This document shows positions 52,801-64,000 of a stretch of 64,000 nt of DNA, piece by piece. Origin of the DNA: Antedon mediterranea. Taxonomy: Eukaryota; Animalia; Echinodermata. The first letter of the stretch is position 1, and each line of letters starts with the position of its first letter. The notes under the pieces were generated by a model. It was not told the DNA's origin, ran no database searches, and saw only the letters and a program-made list of their open reading frames with translations. Both the position numbers and the translations under genes were made by a program. Location of the stretch: contig NC_092674.1 of the NCBI RefSeq assembly GCF_964355755.1, positions 2,046,001-2,110,000 on the forward strand, read 5' to 3'.

Positions 52801-55800
52801 CTTGGAAAATATATGGAAAGCAAGGGAGAATCACTGATGAATTTAACAACAGGTTTGAGTAATCCCTTCCGATGGATGGACCAGTATACAAACGCATTAA
52901 GAGAACTAGAAAGACATACAGCAGTAAGTGATATATAAAACACGCATTTGAAGGTCGATGACCTTATTGTATATTTTTCTCTTGACCTTATTCCGTAATT
53001 CAATTAAATTTTATTCAATTTATTCAAAGTTATCTCCAAGATGGAGCAGAGAAATTTATATATTTTTTGTATTTCATTCGATATTATATACAATATCTTA
53101 CCAAGTAAAGTCCTACTATAGGTCTGGTACAAACAAAATTTGAACAAACTTAAGCTCTGTCTACACCATCAAACTTTATGTGTAACAAATAAATGAGATG
53201 TGCCCATATATAGACATAATGACATAATATCACTACCATAAATGGGCACATCACATAAAATTTGATACTGTAGACAGAGCTTAAGACAGAGGAGAGAAAA
53301 GTTTATACTGTATCTTTATATCTTCCCAAGTATAGTCTTTGGGCACAACATTTGGATAAACTTAGATTATACTCAGAATGCATTAGTAATGCATTGACCA
53401 AAGTATTGTGCAATAAAAATGTATAATATCATAAATAAGTAATTATAATAGTGACCTTCATGTGACCAAACTCATAAGCCATACAAACTATACTATATTC
53501 AACTATCTTATGAAATAATTCACATTAACCATTCATATTCGACATAGTCACGTTTATTGTATTTCCTATTCCTAGTATAATTTAGCCACAACTTTCAATA
53601 ATTTCTTTTACTTTGTAATGTTTATCAATCACATACAGTATGTGCCTTTTTTTCATGTTCTTCTCTCTCTCCATGTCAAATGAATTTCCTTTTGATTTAT
53701 AGGTTGGCCAGTCTGACAGGATTGACGTGACGACGGCGGTTTCTGTCTACACAGATATAGCTGTGAGTTTAACAATTATTTCATTTATTTTTAATTATTA
53801 GTTAATGTAAATCTCTGTCTACAATATCAAACTGTATGTGACATGTAATGTGACCATACTGTATATGGACATGATGATGTCATATTACTACCATATTTGG
53901 GCACAACACACTTTTTTTTGGTCAAACTAGTTTGATAGTGTGGACAGAATTTAGAATACTGTATTTTATGCCACTAACCTATTACCAATCATGTACAAGA
54001 TCTCACACAAATGTAAACCAAGGTCATAAAATAAATGCTAGTGTATTATACACCTTGATGATGCTATAACTATTTTATATTTTACATTATTAAATAATTA
54101 CTTTTCTTTTTAGAAATTTTGTAAACAACTCAGGAAAAGAAAAGAAATGGAGTATGATATAATGACAGGAACAATACAAGGATGGGAAGGAGAAGTGAGT
54201 AAAGTAAAACATCTGACTAATATAGTAATGATAAGCCCAAATATGGTAGTGATATGCCCAAATATGGTAGTGATATGCCCAAATATGGTAGTGATATGCC
54301 CAAATATGGTAGTGATATGCCCAAATATGGTAGTGATATGCGATCATCATGTCCATATATGGGCACATCACATTTTCTTTGGTACCAACCCACTTTTAAA
54401 TTGTAAATTCTCATTTACAATTTTCTGGAAAACTAATAAATATAGGTTAAACCACTGTATTTTGTTTATCTGTTACAAACTTAGTCCCCACTTGGAGTTA
54501 ACGCAAGGACGTAAGCATGCGGCAATTAATTTGAACAATCACGATGGATAATCCAAACTGTCGCTTGTTTTTGATCAACAACTTAAGCTCTATCTACGCT
54601 ATCAAACTAGTGTGATGTGCCCAAATACGATAGTGATATGCCCAAATATGGTAGTGATATGTATGTATATACATCTTCATTTCCATATATGGGCACATCA
54701 CATTTTTTGTCACATTGCGTTGAACCTAAGCTGTTGTGTTGCGTCCAAGTTTGAACCAAGCTACCTTATTATCTATTCTATAAGAGTCAATACTGCCAAG
54801 AAGCAGATTTAGCTGAGAAAAAAATATTAACTAGTTATAATATTTGGAGCATGATATTGCAAAACTATTGGCTCCTGTTGCAATAAAGTATATCTAATCT
54901 AACAATAGGTTTATGCATTCTCTCAAGTGTATTAACTATTTAATTAAATTGATGTACTGAACTTTAAAACAATGCAATCAAGGCTTATCAGATTCTATTT
55001 CAAAAGTTTGACTATAGATTAGTTTAGCTTGTTACCTCTAGACAATATATGACTAGACGAATAATAAAACATTGGATTCCATGTCATGCTGACTGGTCAA
55101 GCATGAAATTTATGCGCATTTATTTCAATTTGTTCTGGGTAATTGACCAATCATCTTGCATCATTTGCATCACTTTTAAATGTTGTAACTCAACTATGTT
55201 AAATACTAATTATTGTGTTATAATATTTTTCCTCCAAAGTATTTCAATTTATTTGGCTCCTATTTAAATATTTTAAAGTTTAAACTTTCTTCAATGAATA
55301 TATATTTCTAGTTTTTCAACTAAATTATTTTCAGTTCCACCTTTTTATTTAGTGTCAACAAAAGTAACCTAAAATCTATAAGTATTTTTATTGTTGTTTC
55401 GGCAAACAAACAAGCTAATAACTTTTCTGCGGAAAGGGGTAACAAAGATAAAACAATGTGCCATTCTAACAAATATGAATTTAACAGGGACTTCGGAGAC
55501 TTTTAAATACCTTTCGACCAGTTTAAATATGTTACATAGCATGTTGGATCATGGTTGGATGATAAAACCAGAAATGAGATATCTACTGTTCCCATGTTGA
55601 ATTTTTTTGTCAAAACATATTTGTCCGAAACTAAACTAAATACAACAACAAGCACTTTAACAATACAAATTTGAGTAAAAAATTCTTTCTTTTGTATAAA
55701 ATAAAATAAAATACTGTTGGTATTCTCTACCAGTTGTGTGACCTCCATATCACTACCCATTATTAATGGATGAGTTATTTTAGAGACAATTCTATGCTAT

Positions 55801-58800
55801 TAAACAATAACAGCTGTACAGTATGCTATGAATATTATAAAAGTATTTGTTTAGTGCTGTATATATTTCAATTTGATTCGGCATTTGATTAGCACCAAAT
55901 GTTTAAATAATGGAAAGGTAAGTTGGTTATCTTTCATTAGAATAATTGATAAACATTGATTAAATAGTATTAATGATATTGATTTGAATAATAAAGACTA
56001 AGTATTGATTTAATTGATAAAAATTGATTGATTGAATAGTATTAATGATATTAATTAGAATAATGAAGTATTGATTTAATTAATAAACATTGATTGATTG
56101 AACAGTATTTATGATATTGATCAGAATAATAAAGTATTGATTTAATTGATAAACATTGATTGATTGAATAGTATTAATGATATTGATTAGAATAATAAAG
56201 TATTGATGTAATTGATAAGCAATCATTGATTGATTGAATTGGTTTGATGATATTGATTAGAATAATAAAGTATTGATTTAATTGATAAACAATGATTGAT
56301 TGATTGATTGATTGGAAAGTATTGGTGATATTGATCAGAATTATTATTATTGATTTAATTCATAAACATTGATTGATTGATTGAACAGTATTGGTGATAT
56401 TGATTTTAATAATGATTTGTTGAAACCAATATTTCCTAAGGGTGGTGTGAAAGGAAAAATGAGATAATTAGCATATGCTCAAATTACTGTTTATATAGAC
56501 CCACTGCCATTTTGTTTGTAATTTATTTGTAAATTTATATTTTAAGTTAAAGATGTATTGTCCCCCTGAAAATAATTTTTGTAAATTGTTGTTGTTGAAT
56601 ATGCCATTTTAATGTTATATAATAGTTATTGACTTCGACCAAGAATTGGATCCGAAAAAAATGTATTTACATTAAAAAAACTGGAATTTAAAGAAAAAAA
56701 TGGTCAAATTGGCTGTCAGCCAATGGATTTTTGGTTGAATTTAACCATTTATCATGTTATTTTATAAGTGAAAACATTATATTTTCCCGTTTTTTTTTAC
56801 GGAAGTGATTCACTTTATTAAAGCTACAAAATAACCTATTCAATGTCTGATTTAATTAATCTTTATTTTTCATGTTTTTGGGGGACAATACATCTTTAAG
56901 GGTGCCAGATATTAAAAGCTTTTGCTTGCTTGGGGTAATCCTGTGTTTCACACTTTTATGAATTTTGTTTGAAAAATAAAGAATACTCAACACAATTTAA
57001 CCAACTATTATTATTATTAAATATTAACTTCTCTCAATAAAAGAATACTGTTTGTTTTCTTTTTTCAGAATATCAACAATCTTGGAGGTGTTATTAAAAT
57101 GTGGCAGTTCTCTGTCATCCTAGACAACGTCAAAGAAGAAAGGATATTTCTGCTATTTCCAAATTTATTAGTTATTTTATCACCAGATGGGAATATGAGT
57201 GGTTTTACTTATGAGGTAAGTTTGTCTTCACGATTATGTATCCATTATCTACTTCAGCTCTGTCTACACTATCAAACTAATTTGACAAAAAAGTGTGATT
57301 TACCCAAATATGGTAGTGATATGACATCATCATGTACATGGGCACATCACATAGAGTTTGGTAGTGTAGACAGGGCTTTAGACAGCTTCTGAAGCCTGGT
57401 AGATAAATTTTGCGACATTTCTAATAATATGTACACTAGTAGTAACACTTCTTGGTGTAAAATATTCTGTATTGGTGTATAAGAAATGAATGAATTTTAT
57501 TTTTTTGCTTATTTCTGTGCTCTGTTGGTGTTTAGCACCTGTTTGGTCTTTCCTTGACTTTTATATTTGTTTTGTCTTCTTTGTATTGTATATGGCAGAA
57601 AATTGAATAAATAAAAATAAAATAAAAATTTAAAAAAAAGTTCTTTTACAGTGTTGTTTCAAGAATGTTTTTTCAAAAAAAGGTAGCTCCCCGGTTAAAA
57701 GTCATTTAATTATTTAGAGTCGGAAGTACACTGTTTATAAATTTATTTATTTCCTGAGTGGGTGATTTGGATCACATCTATCACATATTTATTTACAGTA
57801 TATATTTATATTTGCAGGGGAGAATAACTTTATCAAATTTACGTTTGACACGAATTGACGACACAGAGACGTTAATGAACGCATTTGAAATGTCAAATAA
57901 CGGCACCGACAAAGTGTTGTTATCCGCAGCGACATTGATGGAGAAGGAAGAATTTATTGACGAAACGGAACGATTACAAAATCAGACACCGGTTCCAACT
58001 GTCACACCGGTTTCTACTCCAGCTGTTGTGTTGCGCCGTGATAAAAAGCAACAAGAAACACAAATGGCAGATGTAAGTGAAGATTTTTATTATCCAATAT
58101 AATAATCAAATATTGTCTATGAATATTTTCATGGGCTGCCTCTCCAAGCTTTGCTTTTTTTTTTGGAATTTTGCCCCTCTTAGTTTATAAATTATTATTA
58201 TGATTTTATAAGAGAAATAAATGTTACTTTGATTGATTGATTGATAATATAGTTTATTGTTTTGCTTGCGTATTTGCTAAAATTGGTTGAATTTTATGTG
58301 TTTTATGACAAAACTTACCATTAATAAAATCATATTTCCTCCTATAACACCAATGCTTGCATCAGTGATTAAGCAATATTGTTCAAACTTTTGCCAAAAG
58401 CCAATTTATTATATTAAAATATTAACAATCATATTTGGCATAAGTTGAGACACTGATCTGTCAATGCGAAGCCCATCAAATTATCATTATCTATCCTGTG
58501 TGTAATCCAATTTCTCCACTTCCTTCGACATGTACGCTAAACAGCGCCTAAGCCTTTAATAAGGGGAACAACTGATTTCACCTCTCCGGAGACACGGCGG
58601 CCATTTTGTTTGGCGATATTTTAAGACACAGGTGGCTAGCAGGATATGATGACAGACACCATATTCATAAGATTGTCATTGTCATAATGTAATTATTTTA
58701 TTGAGAAAAAAAATTTGTATCAAAGACTGGTTAAATTTTTGCGTTGTCTACATTTCCCTGTCGGTTGTGGTTATAGATAATAAGATACAGTGTTTTGTGA

Positions 58801-61800
58801 TCAGTCGCGTTTGTCTGGATTTAATATAAAATGGTTGCAACAAAGCTTTGGCTCGCTTATATCCAACAGGAGGTAAATTGTTTCTTAACCTTTATTGGAG
58901 AGGTAAGTCCCAAATACACAATGGAAGATTATTATTTATTTTATTATTCAATTCAATATTCCAATATTTAAACCTTTCTATCCAAGGTCTTTTTCTGTTT
59001 TCTTATCACAAACTTTGTTATTGCTACTGATACTAGTGACAATGTGTAAAATATAAATTATTCTTATTCTCTTTAAAAAATTAATTTTTTTTCCATCAGT
59101 TAATTTAAAATATCTAAAGAATTTACTTACTAATCTAGTATTATAATAAATGGAGAAATCTAGAAAAATTGTGATTTTGTAGATTAACCAATATACCTAT
59201 AATGAAACATAAATTCATAAATTTAATTTCTATTAAAAATCTTCAAAAAATTCAAGAGGTACCCAGTTCTTTGTTAGGCCATCCGCCCATCGTTTCATCT
59301 TGGGCTATTTGCCAAATTCAATAACAGCATTGTCATTTTTACAGTAATTTGCCTTTGGATTAAAAAATATCAAAATCAGATGTTTATTTTTTTCTGTGTT
59401 TCTATTGAAATTGCGTTGGAATATTTCAGTTATAGGTAAATGATATTCTGAAACTACAGTAAATACCATGTTTCCTTTATTATGATTATATAAAAAGATT
59501 TAAAAAGAAATCTTGGAATATCAGTTTAATTAAGTTATTTTTTTATATTGTTTTTTGATGTCCTTTTTCATTATTGAACATTTTTCGTCTTATTTAGGAA
59601 ATACAGTATACAAAATTTGTTAATAACTAAATTTACACAGATAAGGATGGCTTCCATTAATAGCTTGAAAGCCCCGATGCAAGTTTTGTTAGAAAAAGAA
59701 TCTAAAAATAGCCTACGAAAGAATGGTATTATTTGTGTTATAAATTTGAAGGCCCAAGTTTAGGGCCCATTAATATGTATTTTCTTGTTTTTCAATTTTT
59801 ACTGCGTCAAACTTAATCATATATTGTACTAGGCCCAACCACTCACTTTTTCAGTTAATATGGATTGGACCCCATTGGAAATAAGTTTACTTTTTATTTG
59901 TCGACTTAATGGGTTATCCTGGTATTCTTTTTAATATGTACATTGTATATTTTAACTATTTTTATGAATATCGAATAAAATCAATCAATCAATCAGTCTG
60001 CAGTTGATTGGCTTTTTTATGTTTTTCAGATCACAACTCGCGTTGAAAATGTAAATAACACAAGAAATCAGGACACAACGTCACCGCCACAGTTAAAAAG
60101 CGTTAGTTTCTTGCGACCAGCGCCACCGATCAGCCCACAAGTGGTATGGAATTTACGTGATGGTCCGAGTAAAAGCCCAAAGGCTTCTCGTAAACTACTC
60201 ACGTCTGTTAAAAAAAAGCAAGGTTTGTGGAAATTTTTATGATATTATTGTTTGAATGTTTGCATAGCAACAGTTTGCAGTAAATCACTTGGTAGTTCTG
60301 GAAAAAAACTGTTTAGTTTCTTGATGTTTGTTTCTTTTGAACTTTATTCAATCAATCGTATCGTTCAATCGTATCGTAAATAATATTAACCATGATAACG
60401 TGTATAGTACAGTGATTTTTACAAAAAATATTAATTATAAAATATATACATTCATTATTAACAGTAATGATAAATTTTAAAAATGTAATATGCTTCGTTT
60501 GTCCTTAAGATCAGGAGTTAGAAAATTGTCGTATTCGATTGGGAACTTTCGTTGTCAACATAAAGATTCGTTGAGTACTTTTTGTAACAGAAAGTCATTC
60601 GAATAGAAAACGTTGACAACGAAAGCTTTTTAGTTAAGAACAATCTCAATGCTCAAAATACTCCGTTAAAGAAGTACTCAACGGAAAAACTACTTAACGG
60701 TACACTCGAATACGACAAATGTGGTGTACCTTAAACTTACAGACATATTTTCGTTATTGTTTTTCTTTTTTTATACATTTTTTCTATACCAATAATAGAT
60801 AAATTAAATATAAAAATAGTATAACTTATTTAAAACCTGGTCTTGTTATTGCATCTATTGGTAGTATAACCTAATGTAAACCTCTTTGACTAACAGCCAA
60901 AGCATTACTCAGACTTGATGATTTAGAGTATCTGAGTTTAGACCTGAAGACTAGTTTCTGCTATTCACATACAAAAGGTCGCGCCTTAACCTTTGTTATC
61001 AACTAGACCACTGATCTACATAGATTCTGTACATTTAATAAACCTATATTGTCTTTTAAATTGGTGCCTGGATCTACTGCCCATTTGTTACTAACCTAAC
61101 ATTTGACCTGCGTATAATCCCATGTAAATTTTGTTCGTCAATCATGCAAACCTTTTAAAAATATAATCCTATGCTCAAGTTTTTATCCCACCCCCTAATT
61201 TAAGCTACATTTAGACACAAGGTCATTGTTAATCCAATCCGAGTATAATCCCACCTCCTAATTTAAGCTACATTTAGACACAAGATCATTGTTAATCCAA
61301 TCCGAGTATAATCCCACCCCCTAATTTAAGCTACATTTAGACACAAGGTCATTGTTAATCCAATCCGAGTATAATCCCACCCCCTAATTTAAGCTACATT
61401 TAGACACAAGATCATTGTTAATCCAATCCGAGTATAATCCCACCCCCTAATTTAAGCTACATTTAGACACAAGATCATTGTTAATCCAATCCGAGTATAA
61501 TCCCACCCCCTAATTTAAGCTACATTTAGACACAAGATCATTGTTAATCCAATCCGAGTATAATACCACCCTCTAATTTTCACCAGATTTGGTACCCGGC
61601 CCTATGGGACTACACTCATATTATATAGTAATATTTAAGACTAATTTTTATTTAAACTTGGAAAAAAAAGTTATGTCATTATGATTGTTCCCTGCAAAAA
61701 CAAATCATGACACTAATGTGATTCTTCTTTTAATGGATTGTAGTGTACAATAATATTAATGATATTATTATACCAAAAAATAAAAAAAAAATATAGCAAT

Positions 61801-62578
61801 TAATTTGCTGACAATTCAAAATACAATTAGTTAAAAAAGTACCATTGTTATTTAAAATAAACATTATTAAATTATCTAAAAATGATACTTATTAAAATCT
61901 TCCTAATGAAACAAATTATTATGAAAATTATTCTTCTTTTCCATTGTTTTACAAGAGTCTTTCTGTCGTCAGAATTGTTTCAATAATTTGACCTGATAAA
62001 GCATGACCTCTTCATTATTGTCTCCATAGACTAACTATCATATTAAACAGACTTTTCCATTTGTAATAGTCTATCATAATATTATTATGAAATTGAGCAG
62101 GTGTCATGGAGGTTATAATTCAAACAGGAGGGTAACACTTTGTTCCAGCAATTTATTTTGGTTGAATCATTTTGTGTTTAATTTTACACATATCACTGGT
62201 AATTTGTATGTTTATTGAGTATTTCTGTACTTATATTACACCTGTCTAACATTTTATGTTCTGTTCTGCCAAACATGTATTTTTTATTTCTTGTTTATAC
62301 TTTTTTTTGTCAGAAAAGTACTTGATTACATGAAATTATATTTTGCCCGACTGTTGTTCTTCATTAGGCAAACTTGCTGTAGTTATATACTAGTTTGTTG
62401 CGAATAAATGTGGAATTTTACAGTATAAATCGTAATATCAACAATTGTTTTGTTTTTTTTTCAGCTGCGAAATTATCAAATTTTCAAGTTCATCGGTTAG
62501 AGAACCAGGAGGAGGACACCCAGATATTGAAAGTGATAGAAGCTTATTGTTTCTCATCCGGAAACGCTCGCATATCAG
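31812..62578 (+). CDS. ARHGEF7: Rho GEF beta-PIX (ARHGEF7/ARHGEF6 family), 3'-partial. Exons: 31812-32013, 45920-45999, 46845-46939, 47274-47369, 51376-51495, 52794-52923, 53703-53762, 54114-54194, 57069-57215, 57818-58072, 60030-60222, 62465-62578
   Basis: SH3 ([32 protein letters not shown]); DH ([39 protein letters not shown]); PH ([23 protein letters not shown]); LRPAPP..SKSPK; GIT-binding [14 protein letters not shown]. All phases are consistent. The C-terminal coiled coil lies beyond the window, and no CH-domain exons were seen. Confidence 0.95.
32808..33173 (+). repeat. 26-bp minisatellite, ~14 copies
   Basis: Unit cagttgactgagtgtgtcgtagtggt, head to tail with no spacers. Confidence 0.95.
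36478..37106 (+). repeat. 19-bp minisatellite, ~33 copies
   Basis: Unit acattgaatagaactacaa. Confidence 0.97.
38157..39577 (+). repeat. 89-bp tandem array (~15 copies) inside a Tc1/mariner-like MITE
   Basis: Unit aaggggacactttcctgtgatacgaatgagggaaacaaatgatatagcactactgtatgcttatcccctattcaaggaacacctctatt. The array is bracketed by cagcagaaccc... and ...ggggttctacta. Confidence 0.93.
43148..43388 (+). repeat. 22-bp minisatellite, ~11 copies
   Basis: Unit gctgctcctccatgtgttttgg; it explains the overlapping repetitive ORFs here. Confidence 0.96.
44039..44352. mobile_element. Kolobok-like MITE, copy 2
   Basis: TTAA|AGATGTATTGTCCCC ... GGGGACAATATATCT|TTAA. Confidence 0.8.
44528..45386. mobile_element. 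PIF/Harbinger-like non-autonomous element
   Basis: TTA|GGGCCTGTTTCTA ... TAGAAACAGGCCC|TTA; sub-terminal AAACCGGTT-type repeats. Confidence 0.88.
48611..49280. mobile_element. pogo/Tc1-mariner-like non-autonomous element
   Basis: TA|CCGTACTGACGCGGGTATAAGCCCA ... TGGGCTTATACCCGCGTCAGTACGG|TA; perfect 25-bp TIR and repeated internal GGGCTTATACCCG motifs. Confidence 0.92.
55940..56415 (+). repeat. Degenerate AT-rich ~60-bp tandem repeat with (GATT)n runs
   Basis: aagtattgatttaattgataaacattgattgattgaatagtattaatgatattgat recurs about 7 times. Confidence 0.8.
56551..56895. mobile_element. Kolobok-like MITE, copy 3 (opposite orientation)
   Basis: TTAA|AGATGTATTGTCCCCC ... GGGGGACAATACATCT|TTAA. 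Confidence 0.82.
61186..61580 (+). repeat. 63-bp tandem repeat x6, apparently inside a decayed pogo-like MITE
   Basis: gagtataat recurs at 61241, 61304, 61367, 61430, 61493, 61556. The GTATAATCCCACCCC motif resembles GTATAAGCCCACCCC of the element at 48611. Confidence 0.9.
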
Positions 62579-62689
62579 GTAACAAAATGCATGTAATGCT
62601 AAAAGTTGAAACAAATGATAATGTATGATAAAGGTTGCATTTGTAGGATGTATTGTACTGTTAAGTTAACCTTAATCTTCAATTTCAAT

Positions 62690-63530
62690 TGGTATGTCTC
62701 TTCTAAGACCTTTTACGAATAGTGTTATTTCTTTTGCCAGAGTTTCCTTCTAAGAAGTTTTAACTCCTTCTGCTTTTGAATAGTGTTATTTCTTCCCCCA
62801 GTGTTTCTCTTCTAAGAAGTTTTAACTCTTTCTGCTTCAAATAGTGTTATTTCTTCTCCCAGTGTTTCTCTTATAATAGGTTTTAACTCTTTCTGCTTTT
62901 GAATAGTGTTATTTCTTCTCCCAGTGTTTCTCTTTAATAATAGGTTTTAACTCTTTCTGCTTTTGAATAGTGTTATTTCTTCTCCCAGTGCTTCTCTTAT
63001 AATAGGTTTTAACTCTCTGCTTTTGAATAGTGTTATTTCTTCTCCCAGTGTTTCTCTTATAATAGGTTTTAACCCTTTCTGCTTTTGAATATTGTTACTT
63101 CTTCCCAGTGTTTCTCTTCTAAAACGTTTTAACTCTCTCTGCTTTTGAATCATGTTATTTCTTCTCTCAGTGTTCTCTTCTAGGAAGTTTTAACTCTTTC
63201 TGCTTTTGAATAGTGTTACTTCTCCCCAGTGTTCCCCTTTAAGAAGTTTTAACTCTTTCTGCTTTTGAATAGTGTTATTTCTTCTCTCAGTGTTCTCTTC
63301 TAGGAAGTTTTAACTCTTTCTGCTTTTGAATAGTGTTACTTCTCCCCAGTGTTTTTCTTATAATAGGTTTTAACTCTTTCTGCTTTTGAATAGTGTTACT
63401 TCTCCCCAGTGTTTTTCTTATAATAGGTTTTAACTCTTTCTGCTTTCGTATAGTGTTATTTCTTCTCCCAGTCTTTCTGCTTTCTACTTTGATTTGTTCT
63501 CCCAGGGTCTCTCTTCAATAGTGTTACTGC
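62690..63530 (+). repeat. ~61-bp tandem repeat, ~13 copies
   Basis: Unit ttttaactctttctgcttttgaatagtgttatttcttctcccagtgtttctcttataatagg. Confidence 0.93.
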
Positions 63531-64000
63531 TTTCGTTTAGAGTTTAGATGTTTTGGTTAAGTTTAAGCAGGCCTTTATTACCAAGAGGTTTCGAATGCAT
63601 CGATGGTCTCAGAATTATTGACTTCGGATGGCAAACTTTTCGAATCTGTAAACTAGTGTTTCTTTTTTTTTTCTTTTTTTTTTAAACTTTTGTGTTTCAC
63701 TTATTTCTGCTTCTAGTGTTCACCTTCTGTTGGTGTTATTTTTTATTCCAGTGTTTTTCTTTCACTTAGTGTTCTTAGTGTTCTTAGTGTTCTATTAGGA
63801 AATTGATATGCTGGGTGGAGTCATTCAATTCTGTTTGGTTGGCAATTCCAATCGTATATAGGGTGTATGCCAAATTTACTTTATAATAATTATGTAGAGT
63901 TTAAACAAAGTTTTTAAGTTTGAAGTAGAGTTTACTAGTGATGTAGATTTGTAGACTACATTGACATTGACTAAGTAACTACTTAGTAACTTAGTTGTAG

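Noticed and set aside
54090-54812. YHYHIWA / ICPNMVV repeat ORFs
   Set aside because: Translations of the 21-bp MITE core; only 54114-54194 is a real exon.

Overview
AT-rich, intron-containing animal DNA, probably an invertebrate deuterostome (inference from gene content and repeat types). It is not prokaryotic, and most entries in the ORF track are antisense shadows or repeat noise. Splicing by hand with phase checks gives six protein-coding genes: (1) ICE1-like (-), running off the left edge, with a U12-type AT-AC intron and a repeat-expanded exon of at least 4.2 kb; (2) a divergent 167-aa gene carrying only the C-terminal module shared by eIF2A and PYM1, plus a UVR-like hairpin (+); (3) SLC35A5 (-); (4) a 10-coding-exon gene (-) for an apparently secreted ~620-aa protein: signal peptide + two FRRS1/FRRS1L-type DOMON domains + a Na,K-ATPase beta-subunit ectodomain with no transmembrane helix (the most unusual item); (5) a TIR-less LRR transmembrane receptor (-); (6) ARHGEF7/beta-PIX (+), running off the right edge, with several phase-compatible candidate alternative exons. 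Introns hold many non-autonomous DNA elements (Harbinger-, Kolobok-, MULE-, pogo- and Helentron-like) and minisatellites, several amplified inside MITEs. A 1-kb palindrome lies over the SLC35A5 promoter. All homology calls come from recalled motifs; no database search was run.
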